DNA of 64,000 bases, taken from assembly GCF_009914755.1 (NCBI RefSeq), contig NC_060942.1; one strand, given 5' to 3'. A program made the position numbers and the translations under genes. The notes below the pieces were generated by a model. It did no database searches. It saw nothing but the letters and a program-made list of their open reading frames with translations, and was not told the origin of the DNA. This document shows positions 41,299-56,225 of the stretch, piece by piece (within the stretch, counting starts at the first letter, position 1; each line of letters begins with the position of its first letter). The stretch is from the human T2T-CHM13v2.0 reference genome, Homo sapiens.

Positions 41299-41672
41299 AT
41301 GACAGATTATATATTTAATTAAAATATTCCCTCTCTATTGCTGCCTCACTGACATCAGGTTTGGTTATGTGACTTTCTCTCATCAATAAAATATATATGA
41401 AAGTTATGTGTGCTGCTTCCAAGAAGCAGCTTTTAGAGTAATTGCATGCACCTACTCCTTTCTCTTTTTCTTCCATCATAAGACCAACGATGCCTCAGAA
41501 TAACACCTGCTGCTTCACCCTGGTCCTGGAAGATGCAGGACATCAGCAGACGTGAAGTTGACTGACAGTACACGGTAGTTTGAGCACAAAATCAACCCTT
41601 GCAATAGTGTGCCTGCTGAAATTTTAAAGGTATTTTTTACTGCCTCATACTTTACTCTATGTTGACTTGTAC
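41299..41672 (+). mobile_element. MLT1 (I/J-like) solo LTR
   Basis: tttggttatgtgactt...ctgctgcttcaccctggtcctgga...tgacttgtaca. Confidence 0.7.
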
Positions 41673-42435
41673 ATGACTTTTTGCCTCCATTTTCTCCCTC
41701 CCCATTACTACTCAACCTGCTTAAAATCTGACTTCAGGGTTATCTCTTCGCATTTACATGTCAATAAGTTAAATGGCGATTTTTCAGTGTGACTTTAGCT
41801 GATCTCTCTAAGCAGCATTTCAAATAGTTGATCACTACCTTCTTTTTGAAACAGTCTTTTCAGAAGAATCTCTTGCATCTTTGAACACGAATATTCCTGA
41901 TTTTTTCCCAAAACCTTGTTGTTGCCCCTCAGTCCTTCTCATTCCCCATTTCCTTGAGTATTAAATATATTAGTTTCTCAATTTTCTCTCCTAAAACATC
42001 ATCTCTTTTCATTCTATATTCTCTTCTTAGACAGCTTCATCAGATGATTTTATTTTCTTTCTTTACTTAAATAATGTTCAAACATATGCTTTCAGTCCAA
42101 ACTTCTCTGAATTTCTGACACATATATCCAATTGCCTACTTTATGTCTCTGCTTACATGCCTTAAAGTGATATTCAATATGCCCCAAACATAATGCTTAA
42201 CCATTTGCCCTAAACCATGCTTGTTTCTGGTGTTTATTTTGTTTTCTCTCATTTCCTTCTCTCATAAACTCCATGAGGCAGAGCCCGTGCCCATTTTTGA
42301 ATCTTGGAGTACCTGATATACAAGGCACCAAAATTCCCAGCATGATAAATCAAACAATTAACAATTCTGTACATCAGGGTAAAACTGCAGATAAAGATAT
42401 GCTCATTTGCAGTTTGCTTTTTAGGTGATTCACTA

Positions 42436-42860
42436 TAGTTAGACAACTAATTCTTCAGCAACAACAATGGAAGTCAGGAGTTAGTGGAGTAATATAAAAA
42501 CTAAAAGAAAATACTATCAACTTAGAATAGTATATTGAGTAAAAATATCTTCCAAGAACAAGGCAGAATTAAGGACTTTTTAATATAAATTAAAAAAAAT
42601 GAAGAGTTTGTTTTGCCAGTGGTGTTTCCCTATAGGGAATTCCAAAAGATATGTTTTAGACAGAAAAAAAAAAAATGATACAAGATGGAAGGCTGAGATG
42701 CAAGAATAATGATAGACAAGAAAGTGGCAAAAATGTGGGTAAACTGATACAGGCACTCACTGAATAAAACCATAATAATGTCTAATTTGGGGGAGTTAAA
42801 ATGTAGAAAGAAAATAAGAGGACATAGTTAAAATATTGGAATGACCATAAACAGAAAAGA
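42436..42860 (+). mobile_element. Old L1/HAL1 ORF1 C-terminal fragment
   Basis: ttcttcagcaacaacaatggaagtcagg...tcaacttagaat...atatcttccaagaac. Confidence 0.5.
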
Positions 42861-42896
42861 AATAAAAGAAATGATAAACACATATTAAAGATTTTT

Positions 42897-43040
42897 GCTG
42901 GGTATGGTGGTACAAATATGTAGTCTCAGCTACTCTGGAGGCTGAGGTACGAGAAGCACTTATGTCCAGGAGATTAAGACCATCGTACTAGCAACATAGC
43001 AAGACCCCTGTCTCTCTAAGAAAATAAAATAAAATAAAAT
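42897..43040 (+). mobile_element. FLAM_A Alu monomer
   Basis: gctgggtatggtgg...tgtagtctcagctact...gcaacatagcaagacccctgtctc and (TAAAA)n tail. Confidence 0.85.
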
Positions 43041-45307
43041 ACTGTTATTATTTTCTTTTTAAACGGTGTGTGAAGCATTCAGTACATTTTTATACTTTAT
43101 ACCCTACAGATGTTTTATAAATATTGCTGACCTTTAAATTAATATTTAATAAACATATAAAAATACATTTTCTTATCTCCAGCTGAGTTTGAAACATGTT
43201 TATGCAGGAATAAAATGTATAATTTATTAGAGAGTGAGACTGGCCTAGTTCACTGTTTCTTATATTTTCCAAATGGAAGAAGTATTCCAAGAACAGATCC
43301 ATGTTTGAAACCTTGTATTTCAGTGTGTTAGTCTACAATTATGTACCAAAATAGTTGCAGCCTTTTATATAGCACTTTGAGGTATCAGTGGGTACTCACA
43401 ACATTTGAATAAGATGTGCAAAGATCACAGTATCATCGCATTTGTTTACAGGAAATAATCTAGTTTACATAGTTAGAAAAGTGTGGTTAGTGAGGTCATG
43501 CAGAATTTCATCATTTATTTTAATAAATCTCAAGATTATGTAACAACAATAGATATTAAAATGGTCACCAGATATGTAAAGGCATTACTATAATTCTGAA
43601 TGCTACTCTAAATGTTTATATTTCCTTGTCAGAAATGCAAAATTTTCTTGAAAGTGTATTAGTGGTGTCAGACTCACTTTTTTCAGAATCCACTACTATA
43701 ACATAAAATATCACCCTTCCCAGTCTATACAGAGAACAGAGAAGTAGTCCAAAGAGCATCCTTATGGCACATATCATTGCCATAGGAAGGTGAATGTCTA
43801 CATTAAAGAGCTAAATCATTATAACTTAATTCTTAGCTGTAACCTCATGACATTTTTATATAACCAGTCAGATAATAGCTTCAATCATTTAGATACAACT
43901 TGGAAAATTCTAGTTAGAGAAATGAGAATGAGCATAGAACACTGAGCAGAGTCCTGAGACACTCATTCCAGGCCCTAACTCCTGGTTGACATTTCTAGAC
44001 AAAACCTGGGCCAGAAGGGAACCTGCTGCCTTGAGTGGAAGAACTCAGTCCTGGCAGGATTCATCACGGGCTGACTAAAGAGCTTTTGGCCTCTGAATAA
44101 TCAGCAGCAGTAGCCAGGTAGCACACACTGTGGGCAACCACACTCTCTGGGCATTGGGTGAGACTCTGAGATGTGCTGACTTCAGGTGTGACCAACTGTT
44201 TCACAGCTGTCATGGCTATGAGGAGAGACCCCTTCTTCTTGAGAAAAGCAGAAACAAGAGTAAAGAAAACAGACTAGGTATCAGTTTGGCCATAAGGAGG
44301 TAGAGTACCAAGGGGGATCTTGGGGTCCGTGATACCAGGCTAAGCTCTTGGACAGCATTTCTAGACCTGCCCTGGGCCATATGGGAACCCACATCCCTGA
44401 AGGGTGAGTTTCAGGCCTGACCACATTTGCCATAAGCTGACTGAAGAGCCCTTGGGCCTTGAGTGAACACTGGCAGTAGCCTGGCAATACAACCTGCAGG
44501 CCTGTGGTGGTGGCAGACACGGAGGAAGACGCCTCTGCCTGTGGAAAGGGGAGAGAAGAGTGGGAAGAACTGTCTTGTGTTTGGGTGCCAGCTCAGCCAC
44601 AGTGGAATAGAGCACCAGGTAGGTTCCAAAGGTATCTGTCTCCAGGTCTTGGCTCTGGGCCCATATCTCTGGACCCACCTGGGGCCAGGGGGACTCACTA
44701 CACTGAAGAGAAGGATACAAGCCTGGCTGGTGTTGCCACCTGCAGATTGTAGAGCCCTAAGGCCTTGAGAAAACATAGGAGGTAGCAAGAAAGTATTTAC
44801 AGTAGGCTTTTGGGGGACCCAGTGCTGTGCTGGCTTCAGGTCTTAGTGCATTCACAGTGGTGATGCCCACAGGAAGGCTTATGTCACTGCTCCCCCAGCT
44901 TCAGGTACACACACTCACACCCCCCCACACACACATGCATGCACACACAGATACTCTGTTTCTTTGGGAGAAAGTAAGGGAATAAAACAAGAGGCTCTGC
45001 CTGGTAATCCAGAAAATTCTTTTGTATCTCATGCAATACTACCAAGAACCATGAAGGTAGCATTTAAACCAGCTCTAGCCAGAGGGGAATCATCCATTTC
45101 AGCGGTCAGATCTTCAAGCCTCTATGAGGCTGGAAGAGTCACAGCATTACAAGGATGGGGGTGCCACTTAATGCAGTTATGGTTGCAGTGACCTAAAACT
45201 TAGATCACAATACCCACATCCCATAGATACCTGGAAAATCCTCCCAAGACGGACAGGTACAAACAAGCCCAGACTGTGAAAACTACCATAAATACCTAAC
45301 TCTTCTA

Positions 45308-46260
45308 TGCCCAGACACTGATGAACATCTACAAGCATCAAGACGATCCAGGAAAACATGACCTCACCAAATGAACTAAATATGGCACCAGGGACCAATC
45401 CTGGAAAGACAGAGATATAGGACCTTTCAGATAGAGAATTTAAAATAGCTTTTTTGAGGAAACTCAATGAAATTCAAGGAAACGCAGAGAAGGAATTCAA
45501 GATCCTATCAGATAAATTTAACAAAAATACTTAAATTATTAAAAGAAATCAAGCAGAAAAAAGTTGAAAATGCAAATGACATACTGAAGAATGTATCAGT
45601 GTCTCTTACCAGTAGAGCTGATCAAGCAGAAGAAAGAATTAGTGAGCTTGAAAACAGAGTATTTGTATATACACAGAGGAGATAAAAGCAAAATTAATAA
45701 AAAAGAATGAAGCATACCTACAAGTTCTAAAAAATAGCCCCCAAAGGGTAAATATAAGAGTTATTGGCCTTAAAAAGGACAGAGAGAGAGAGATAGAGGT
45801 AGAAGGTTCAAAGGGATAATAACACAGAACTTCCCCAACCTAAAGAAAGGTAGCAATATTCAAGTACAAAAGGGTTATAGAACATCAAGCAGATTAACCT
45901 AAAGACTACAAAATATTTAATAATAAAACTCCCAAATGTCAAGATTAAAGAAAGAGTCCTAAAAGCAGCAAGAGAAAGGAACCAAATAACATACAATGAA
46001 ACTCCGATGCACCTGGCAGCAGACTTTTCAGTGGAAACCTTATAGGCCAGGAGAGAGTGGCCTTATATATATACTGTGCTGAAGGAGAAAAAAACCATTG
46101 ATCTTAGAATAGGATATCCAGCAAAAATATTCTTTGAACATGAAGGAGAAATAAAGACATTTCAAGACCAACAGAAAAGCTGAAATATTTCATCAACACC
46201 AGACCTGTCCTATAAGAAAAGCTAAAGAGAGTTCTTCAGTCTAAAAGAAAAGGACTTTAA
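45308..46260 (+). pseudogene. Disrupted L1 ORF1p
   Basis: SRADQAEERISELE coiled coil; aaagcagcaagagaaa and ctggcagcagacttttcagtggaaacc; frameshifts; start approximate. Confidence 0.85.
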
Positions 46261-46759
46261 TGACCAATATCTGAAGGTATAAAAATCAATGGTAACGGTA
46301 AATGCACAGGAAAACAAAATATAATAACATTGTAACTGTGGTGGGTAAACTTTTCATATCTTGAGTAGAAAGATTAAAAGATAATCTGATTAAAAATAAT
46401 AACTACAAAAACTTTTCAAGGCATAGGTGGTATAATAAGATATAAATAGAAATAACAAAAAGTTAAAAAGTGTGGGGACAAAGTTAAAGTATAGAGTTTT
46501 TATTAGTTTTCTCTTTGCTTGTTAATTTGTTTATATAATCAGTGTTAAGACATTATCTGTTTAAACTAGTGTATTATAAGATATTATTTGCAAGACTCAT
46601 GGTAAACTCAAAAAAAAAAAAAACAGTGTATACACAAAAAAATAGAAAGCAATAAATGAAAACAGACCACAAGAGAAAATGACCTTCACTAAAAGGAAGC
46701 CAGGAAGGAAGAAAAGAAGGAAAAGAAGACCACAAAACAACCAGAAAACAAGTAACAAA

Positions 46760-49700
46760 ATCACAAGAATAAGTCCTTACTTGTCAGTAATACCATTGAA
46801 TGTAAATGGACTAAACTCTCCCATCAAAAGACATAGAGTGACTGAATAGATAAAATTTTTTAAAAAAAGACTTGTTGCCTACAAGAAGGGCACTTCACCT
46901 ATAAAGAAATATATACACTGAAAATAAAAGGGATGGAAAAAGATAATCCATGCAAATGGAAACCAAAAAAGAGCACGGTAGCTATACTTACATCATAATA
47001 GATTTCAGAACAAAAACTATAAAAAAGAGAAAAATAAGGTCATTATATAATGATAACGGGGTCAATTCAATAAGAGGATATAACAATTGTAAATATATAT
47101 GCACCCAACATTAGAACACCCTGATATTTAAAGCAAATGTTAGACTTAAAGAGAGAGGTAGACCCCTATACATTAATAGAAGAAGACTTTAGCACCCCAC
47201 TTTCAGCCTTGGACAGATGACCCAGACAGAAAAATCAACAAAACATTGGACTTAATCTGCACCTAGACCAAATGGACCTAATAGATATTTACAGAACATT
47301 TCATCCAACGGCTGCAGAATACACATTCTTCTCCACAGCACATGAATCATTCTCTAAAACAAACCATATGTTTGGCCAGAAAACTAGTCTTAAGACATTA
47401 AAAAAATTGAAATATATCGAACATCTTCTCAGACCACAATGTAATAAAACTAGAAATCAATAATGAGAAATTTTTAAAACTATGCAAACACATGGAAATT
47501 AAATAATATGCCCCCAAATGATTAGTAAGTGGGTGAAAAAATTAAGAGTGCAATTAAAAAATTTCTTGAAACAAATGATAATGGAAACACAATATACAAA
47601 ACCTATGGGATACAGCAAAAGCAGTACTAAGAGGACATTTTATAACTATAAGCGCCTCCACCAAAAATGTAGAAAAACTTCAAATAAAAAAAAAAACTAA
47701 TGGTGCATCTTAAAGAATCAGACAAGCAAGAGCAAACCAAACCCAAAATTATTAAAGAAAAAGTAATAATAAAGGTTAGAGCAAAAATTAATGAAAATGA
47801 AATGAAGAAAACAATACAAAAGATGACTAAAATGAAAAGTTTGTTTTTAAAAAGATAAACAAAATTGAGAAAACTCTTGCCAGACTAACAAAATACAGAG
47901 AGAGAAGACCCAAATAAATAAAATTAGAAATGGAAAAGGAGACATTCAACCCAATACCACTGAAATTCAAATGATCATTAGAGGCTACTATGAGTAACTG
48001 TCAGGCAATAAATTAGAAAAACTAGAAGAAATGAAAAAAAAAATGCCTAGTGAGATGAAGCCTACCAAGATTGAGCCACGAAAAAATCCAAAACCTGAAT
48101 GGACAAATAAGAAGTAACCAGATCAAAGCTACCATAAACAGTATCCTAGCAAAGATAAGCCTGGGACCTGATGGCTTCACTGCTGAATGTTACCAAACAT
48201 TTAAACATCCTACTCAAACTGTTCTAAAAAACAGAGGAGGAGGGAATACTTCCAACCTCATTCTATGAGATCAGTATTGTCCTGATACCAAAACAAGACG
48301 AAGACACATCAAGAAAAAGAAAACTACAGGCCAATATCCCTGATGAACATGGATCAGAAATCCTCAACAAAATACTAGCAAACTGAATCCAACAACACAT
48401 TAAAAACATCATCCATCACGGCCAAGTGAGATTTATCCCAGGAATACAGAGATGGTTCAACATATGCAAATCCATCAACACATCATATCAACAGAATGAA
48501 GGATAACAACCATGTGATCATTTCAACTGATGCTGAAAAATCATTTGATAAAACTTAACATTGTTTCATGATAAAAACCCTAAAAAAACTGGGTATAGAA
48601 GGAAAACACCAGATAAAAGTCAATAAAAGTCAATATATGCAGATCCACAGCTAATGTCATATGGAATGGAGAAAAACTGAAAGCCTAGCCTCTAAGATCT
48701 GGTAAGCAACAAGCATGTACACTTTCAGCACTTTTATTCAACATAATACTGGAATTCCTAGCTAGGGCAGTCAACAAAAAAAATTTTAAAAAAAGGGCAT
48801 CCAAACTGGAAAAGAAGATGTCAAATTATCCTTGTTTGCAAATTATGTAATCTTATATTTGGAAAAACCTAAGGACTCCACAAAAATTATTTGATAAACA
48901 AATTCAATAAAGTTGAAGGATACAAAATCAACATAAAGCATCAGTAGCATTTATATATGCCAACAGCAATCAACCTGAAATAGAAATCAAGAAAATAATT
49001 CCACTGATAATTGCTACACATAAAATTAAATACCTAGAAATTAACTTAACCAAAGAAGCGAAAGATCTATAATGAAAACTATGAAACATTGATGAAAGAA
49101 ATTAGAGGACACAAAAATGGAAAGATATTCTATGTTTATAGATTGGAAGAATAAATACTCAAAATGTCCATACTACTTACAACAATCTACAGATGGAATA
49201 CAATCTCTATCAAAATACTCATGAAATTCTTCACAGAAATAGAGAAACAATCTTAAAATTTATATGGAACCAAAAAAGACCCAGAATAGCCAAAGCTATC
49301 CTGAGCAAAAGGAACAAAACTGGAAGACTAGCATTATCTGACTTCAAATTATACTGCAGAGCTATAGTAACCAAAACAGCATGACACTGGCATAAAAACA
49401 GACACATAGACCAATGGAACAAAATAGAGGACCTAGAAACAAATTCATACATCGACAGTGAACTCATTATCAACAAAGATTCCAGGAACATATTGGAGAA
49501 ATGACAGTCTCTTCAATAAATGGTGCTAGGAGAACTGGACATCCATATGAAGGAGAATGAGTCTAGACCCTTGTCTCTTGCCATATTAAGAAAAGCAAAA
49601 TGGACTAAATACTTAAATCTAAGTCATCATATTATGAAACTACTACAAGAAAACATGGGGAAGCTCAATTTGAGTTAATATACCAAAAGCACAGGCAACC

Positions 49701-50499
49701 AAAGCCAAAGTGGACAGATGGGATTACATCAATTTAAAAGTTCCTGCACAGCAAAGGGAACAATCAACAAAGTGAAGACATAAACCCACAGAAAATGTTT
49801 GCAAACTGCCCATCTGAGAAGAGATTAATGACCAGAATATATAAGGAGCTCAAACAACTCCATAGGAAGAAAGTCTAATAATGCAACTAAAAATGGGCAA
49901 AATATCTGAATAGACATTTCTCAAAAGAAGACATACAAATAACAAACGTATATGAAAAGGTGGTCACCATCATTGATCATCTATGAAATGCAAATTAAAA
50001 CTACAATGCTATAGCACCCCAGTTAAAATGGCTTTTATCTAAAAGACAGACAATAACAAATGCAGATGAGGATGTGGAGAAAAGGGAACCCTCATACACT
50101 GTTGGTAGCAATGTAAATTAGTACAACCACAATGGAAAACAGTTTGCCAGTTTCTCCAAATCTAAAAATAGAGCTATTATATGACCCAGCAATCTCACTG
50201 CTAGATATATTATGCAAAGAAAGTGAATTCGTATTATCGAAGAGATATCTGCACTCTGCACTCCCGTGTTTACTGCAGCACTGTTCACAATAGACAAATT
50301 TTGGAAACAACCTCAGTGTCCATCAACAGATGAATGAAGAAAATGTGGTATATAAATACAATGGAGTACTGTTAGCCATAAAAAATGAGATCTTGTCATT
50401 TGCAACAACATAGATGGAACTGGAGGTCATTATGTTAAGTAAAATATCCTGGCACAAAAAGACAAACTTCACATGTTCTCACTTATTTGTAGGAGCTAA
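46760..50499 (+). pseudogene. Disrupted L1 ORF2p (endonuclease and reverse transcriptase)
   Basis: LNVNGLNSPIKR, MDLIDIYRTFHPTAAEYTFFS, GPDGFTAE; start ATG changed to ATC; catalytic FADD reads FANY at 48835-48846; many stops. Confidence 0.92.
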
Positions 50500-51209
50500 A
50501 ATTAAAACACTTGAGCTCATGGAGATAGAAAATAGAATGATGGTTGTCAGATGCTGGGAAGTGGAAGGTGGGGAGGAAATGGGGATGGTTAATGGGTACA
50601 TAAATAGAAAGAATGACTAAGATCTAGTATGTGACCGCAAAACAGGGTGACTACAGTCAATAATAATTGTACATTTTAAGATAACTTAAAAAGTATGATT
50701 GGATGGTTTGTAACACAAAGGATAAATGCTTGAGGTGATGGATACCCCACTTACCCTGATGTGATTATTACTCATTGCATGCCTCTATCAAAATATGTCA
50801 TGTATGCCATAAATAGATACACCTACTACATACTCCAAAATTAAAAATAAATAATTTGAAATAAAACAAACAAACAAAAAACCTAAAAAGCAGCGCTGTG
50901 GTAGCTGTCCGTGGTACTTGTCCACAGTCCTGAATAGGAATCCACTTTGGTTTGTTTCAATACTTGCTCAAATTTATACAAATTAATTTCAAGATTACCT
51001 ACCAGGTAGTTTTTTTCCTTCTTATTTATTGTCAGAAATATTATCTCTTGAGAAGAAATAAATGTCATATTCAGGAATATTATAATTATTCAACTTATAT
51101 AAATATTTACATGAAATCTCAAACACGCATAAATTTTTCCTTATATTTAAGCATATTTAAAATATGACCTGGAAAGACAAAATGCTTGCTGCCAATAAAG
51201 CATTTTCTT

Positions 51210-51700
51210 ATGGTGTTTGCTCTCCATTAGCCCCCTTTCCAAAATCAATTTTCATACTTCTCTGCCCTGCTCTGGAAGCCTGGGTGGCTGATCTCTAGGA
51301 CAGCCTGCCAAGCTAGCTGGGTTTTGATTGGATTTTGCCTGTGGGAAGTAATGGCAGTAAAGCAAGAGATTATCAGATAGGCTGAGAGAGAAACTGGGGT
51401 ATTTCCTCCCTGCACCTTCACTGCTTTGGCAAAATTACTGTGAAGCAATTAGATTTTTAAAGACTACCACTCCCACTGTGTGATCTCTCTGTTAGAGCTC
51501 TAGCCCTCCCTGGGGCTTGCTTCTTCCTTTGTTTTCAGTTCTATTTTTTTTTTAATAACTCATTCCTACCATTTCTATTCTCTGGATCCTCCCATATCCT
51601 CTATTTCTTTCCTTAGTAAACAAATTCTTTATTTTAAAAACTTTCTTCATTTAAATCATCTGAGTAAATCCTCTTTCCTTCCAGGACAATGAATGATTCA
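51210..51700 (+). mobile_element. LTR33-like ERVL solo LTR
   Basis: cttctctgccctgctctg...ggctga...ctggggtattt...ttccaggacaatgaatgattca. Confidence 0.7.
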
Positions 51701-52659
51701 GAAGGTGTTTAAATCAAAGCTAATGTATCTAATTGAGAGGAAAGAATATTCATAGAGAAGAAATGAACATTAAATGTCTACAAGATGCACACATTAGTAG
51801 GGAATATGCTATTGACACTAAGAATGAAATTCTGTGGCTATTGGTCGATGTGCAATCCCTAATAGGTTAAGCCCATTGTGTATTAATAATAAGTATTAAT
51901 ACATAGTTGTTCAGTTCATGTAGAACTGAATAAATTGAATAATAACTATTTCATAATTATTTGGAGTTTACTAAGAGGTGAGCTTGAAGTTTAAAGGTAA
52001 GGTATTATTAAATCACGGATTCATTTTGTCACATTTACACCTATTAATTTTACAAAGAGAAAACAATGAGCATAAAACCTACAAACTATCCCAAGAATTC
52101 CCGCCATCCAACAAAGAAACAGATGTTGGTGGTCAGAAAATGTAATGTTCATTATAGCAAAAAATTATGTGATCTCTTATTCTATTGAGGGGTCCTTAAA
52201 TTTTTTTTTAAAATCACATTTGACAGAAGCTTAACTTGAATTTAAATGTGGCTAAAGGTATTCTTCTTTACATAGGAGAGAAATTAGTCAGAAGTCAGTG
52301 CACACTGGAGAGAAATTGTGAGAAATTATAAATGGTTAGACTTGTTTTCTCGATAATGAACTTTTTGCAACTAAACAGCACCTTGAAATAGTCTAATGGC
52401 TGATGTAATGAATGTGTCATTTTATGAATGAAGGTCTTAAAATTATAAAAGTGCAAGAGAATTTATAAGACAATGTTGTTGTAATGTAAAAGCCATTTTT
52501 TTGCAGAAAGAAGTGCAAGAGCCTAAAATTTACTATCAACTTTAAAATCAGACATTAAGAACAAGGAAACAAAGCTCCAGCATAACAAATGTAAGAAATT
52601 TTACACTATCTGGTTTGTGGACCTCTGGAATGTAACTCAATCCATGGTCAAGGAAAAAT

Positions 52660-52910
52660 GCACTAGCTCCTCTCATATGGGACTTAGGGCAGCAGAAGGG
52701 ACCTCACCGCATGAAAGCTAGCTTTCCCTGGAGCAAGCAACTCAAGAGACCAAGGTGAAACCGCCAGCACCTTTTGTGACCTAGCCTTAGAAACCACAGA
52801 CCCTCACTTCTGCAGAAATCTTGTACACAGGTCAGCTCTCAAAGGAAACCACACAAGTGTGGGAACACAGAAGTCAAGATTATAGGGACCACCTTGAAGC
52901 TTAGCTACTG
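52660..52910 (-). mobile_element. MLT1 (F/G/H-like) LTR fragment
   Basis: ttttgtgacctagccttagaaaccaca...cacttctgc...ccaccttgaagc. Confidence 0.7.
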
Positions 52911-52949
52911 AGTAATGAGGAGAATCATGACTGCTCATGAATTTGTTAG

Positions 52950-53650
52950 TTTTAAAATGTTTTATTTTAAAATTATTTTAGATTTATAAAAGGTTGAAAA
53001 ATTGGCACAGTCTCCCATACCTTTCATCCATCTTCCCCTCATGTTAACATTCTACATGATCAAATCACAATGATCAAAAACTAGGAAATGCTGGTACGGA
53101 GTTATGACCTAAACTATAGATTTTACTTATTTCCCCAGTATTCCCACTTATGTTCTATCCCTGGCCCCGATCTAAGCCAGAAAACAGATTGAAGTTTGTT
53201 ATTGTGTCTCCTTAGTCTCTTCTAATCTGTGGCAATTCCTTAGTATTTCCTTGTCTTTCATGACCTTAAAAATTGTACATTTTAAAGCTTACTGGTCAGA
53301 TGTTTTGCATAAGGTCTTTCAGTTTGAGATTGTCTGATATTTTTCTCACTAATAGGCTGGAGTTATGGATTTAGGGGGAGATTACCTCAGAGGTGAGGTG
53401 CCTTCTCATCACATAATATCACAGGGTACATTATATCAACATGATTTATCACTGTTATTGTTAACCTCGGCCTGGTTACGATGTTGTATGCTGGCTCTCT
53501 CTACTGTAAAGTTACTGTTTCTCCTTTTCCATGCTTTATTTGTTAGAAGGAAGTCATTAAGTTTGGCCAACACTCAAAGGGAAGGGAATTAAGCTTCACC
53601 TCCTGGAGGGAGTATTATCAAGGAATATGCGCATATGTTAAAACCCCCTC
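52950..53650 (-). mobile_element. L1MC4-like 3' UTR
   Basis: gaggtgaggtgccttctcatcacataatatc...ttaagcttcacctcctggaggg. Confidence 0.8.
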
Positions 53651-55580
53651 AGAGATCAATTAGTTTTTAATTGGAGATAAAAGATACTTTTTGATGGAGA
53701 TAGAAAGCTGTATAGGAAACAGATAACATCACAGGGGATCTGAGAAAGTATTTCAACTTTATTTTGATTATTCACAGTCCATTACCATTTCTTTATTCCT
53801 ATACTTATTTTAATACAAATAAACATAATACAAATGTATTCTATTTTCCTCCTGTCATGCTATACTACATCATACGTTTTTAAAATATTTTGAGAAGCAT
53901 GATTTCAATATTTAAATATCTTAATTTTCACTTCTGACTCAGTTTGAGCAAAATTCCAGTCATCTATAAAAAATGACACCAAAGAACTGTCCTCCAAACA
54001 CAAGCCATGTAAAGTTTCTTTTTTGCTATTTTTTTTTTTTTTTTAGTTTCTTGGATGGAAGGTCAAATAGACATTAACTATAATGGTCCCTAATGATTAC
54101 TAATAATGGTACCAAGAACATCTTGACAAAGTACTGGAGAGGTTCCCAGATAGCATATTTTTAAGACAGAAAATTATGTTAGTTGCACTAAAACTCAATT
54201 TTAATTAGCCATGACACTTACATACACTTTAAAGCTGATGAAGTGCTCTTCAGACTAACAAGTCTTAATAAGCTCTGTTTAAATTTAATTTCTATTTCCA
54301 TTTGACAGTAACCAAGCAAAACTTGTGATTCACTATGATGATAACACAGCAGGGTTCAAGTGCTGTACATTTTCAACATGTTCTTAGTTATGCACCCAGC
54401 CAATTTAATTTCAAATGTATAAACTCTTCTACCCTTCCTTCTGAGAACAATAATTTACTTTGAAAGATTTCTTTGGATTTTTAACTTTTATAGAAAGAAT
54501 ATATTAAATGGAAAATATTTTATATAATACAGGCCTTTTGTTCTTCAAATTATAAAAACAATGACACTTCTTTGAATCATATTTTAGCAAATATATACCA
54601 CTAGAAGAATGACAGGTGAACAAATTTAGTGCCACTCAGATAACTGTAGTAATTATATACTATGTCAACTCTCTACAAGTCTCAGCATCAACTCTCACTA
54701 CACCCATTTCAACTCACGGCAATTTGGATAGATGCTGACGTTCTTTTTTTCCTGTTTTACTTATTCACGAAAACAAATCTAAAAGAATAGTTTAAAAGAA
54801 GTAAAAGAAAGGCATGTCATAAAAAAAGGATGTGCACGTGAACCCTGAACTTTGTGTTTAAATCTTCCTTCCTTCCTCCCCTCCCTTGTTCTCCCCTTCT
54901 CTTTCTTGATATGGGAAGAAAAAGAAAATTTCAGAGATGACTTTACTTCATTTGTGAAGCTTCCTGACTTCTGCCCAGTCAGGGTTGTTCCCTTTTCTGA
55001 GCTTACCCACAATATTTTTGTCTCTCTTCGAACACCCTACTCAAACCTGTTTTCCAGCTTATTGGAAGCACATATTCTTCTGTCCCTTGGTGAAGCACTC
55101 CTTGAAATTAGAAGAATGACACATTCATTTTGTACCCTCACGGGCCCACCACATAGTGGACACCCATTAACCACTTATTAAGTTGAATTTTAGAAAAATT
55201 GTTTGATTTTAAAAATTCAAAAAGTGCATATATTCAATGGAGAAAACTGGGGAAGCACTGAGCTTGCTGCACTCCCTCCCCTCAAATGTGAGGGGTAACT
55301 GGGGGCCAGAGGAGACATCGTGAGAGTAACATCATATGAACCACTTGGGAATTGCTCATGTTTGCCTGTAAAATAGCAGTTACTCTGCAAATCAAGCTAT
55401 AATCCATGAAATTATCTAAGCTTTGTTTGAACCTGCTGTTTTTTTAATTCCTAGCACCATTTGGAATAATGTGTTACATAAAAATTTCTTTGTTCATTTG
55501 TTTTTGCCAGCACTGCTTAAATGAACACTTTCTCTTATTTGACTGAAAATACAACCCATTTTCAGTGTTTTGAGAAATAA

Positions 55581-56225
<645 letters not shown>

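Larger units (their letters stand above)
40195..42360 (+). mobile_element. L2, interrupted by Tigger3a and an MLT1 LTR
   Basis: gcagcatttcaaatagttgatcactaccttctttttgaaac; taaactccatgaggcagagccc 3' end. Confidence 0.65.
43940..50882 (+). mobile_element. Near-full-length inactive L1 (L1MA2/3-type 3' end)
   Basis: 5' UTR with degenerate repeats, ORF1 and ORF2 remnants, 3' UTR gtaacacaaaggataaatgcttgaggtgatggatacccc, A-rich tail. Confidence 0.95.

Noticed and set aside
44281-44788. Cluster of overlapping ORFs of 80-125 aa
   Set aside because: GC-richer L1 5' UTR sequence, where stop codons are rare by chance
43940-50882. Active or domesticated L1 ORFs
   Set aside because: Many stops and frameshifts, lost ORF2 ATG and a mutated RT catalytic motif
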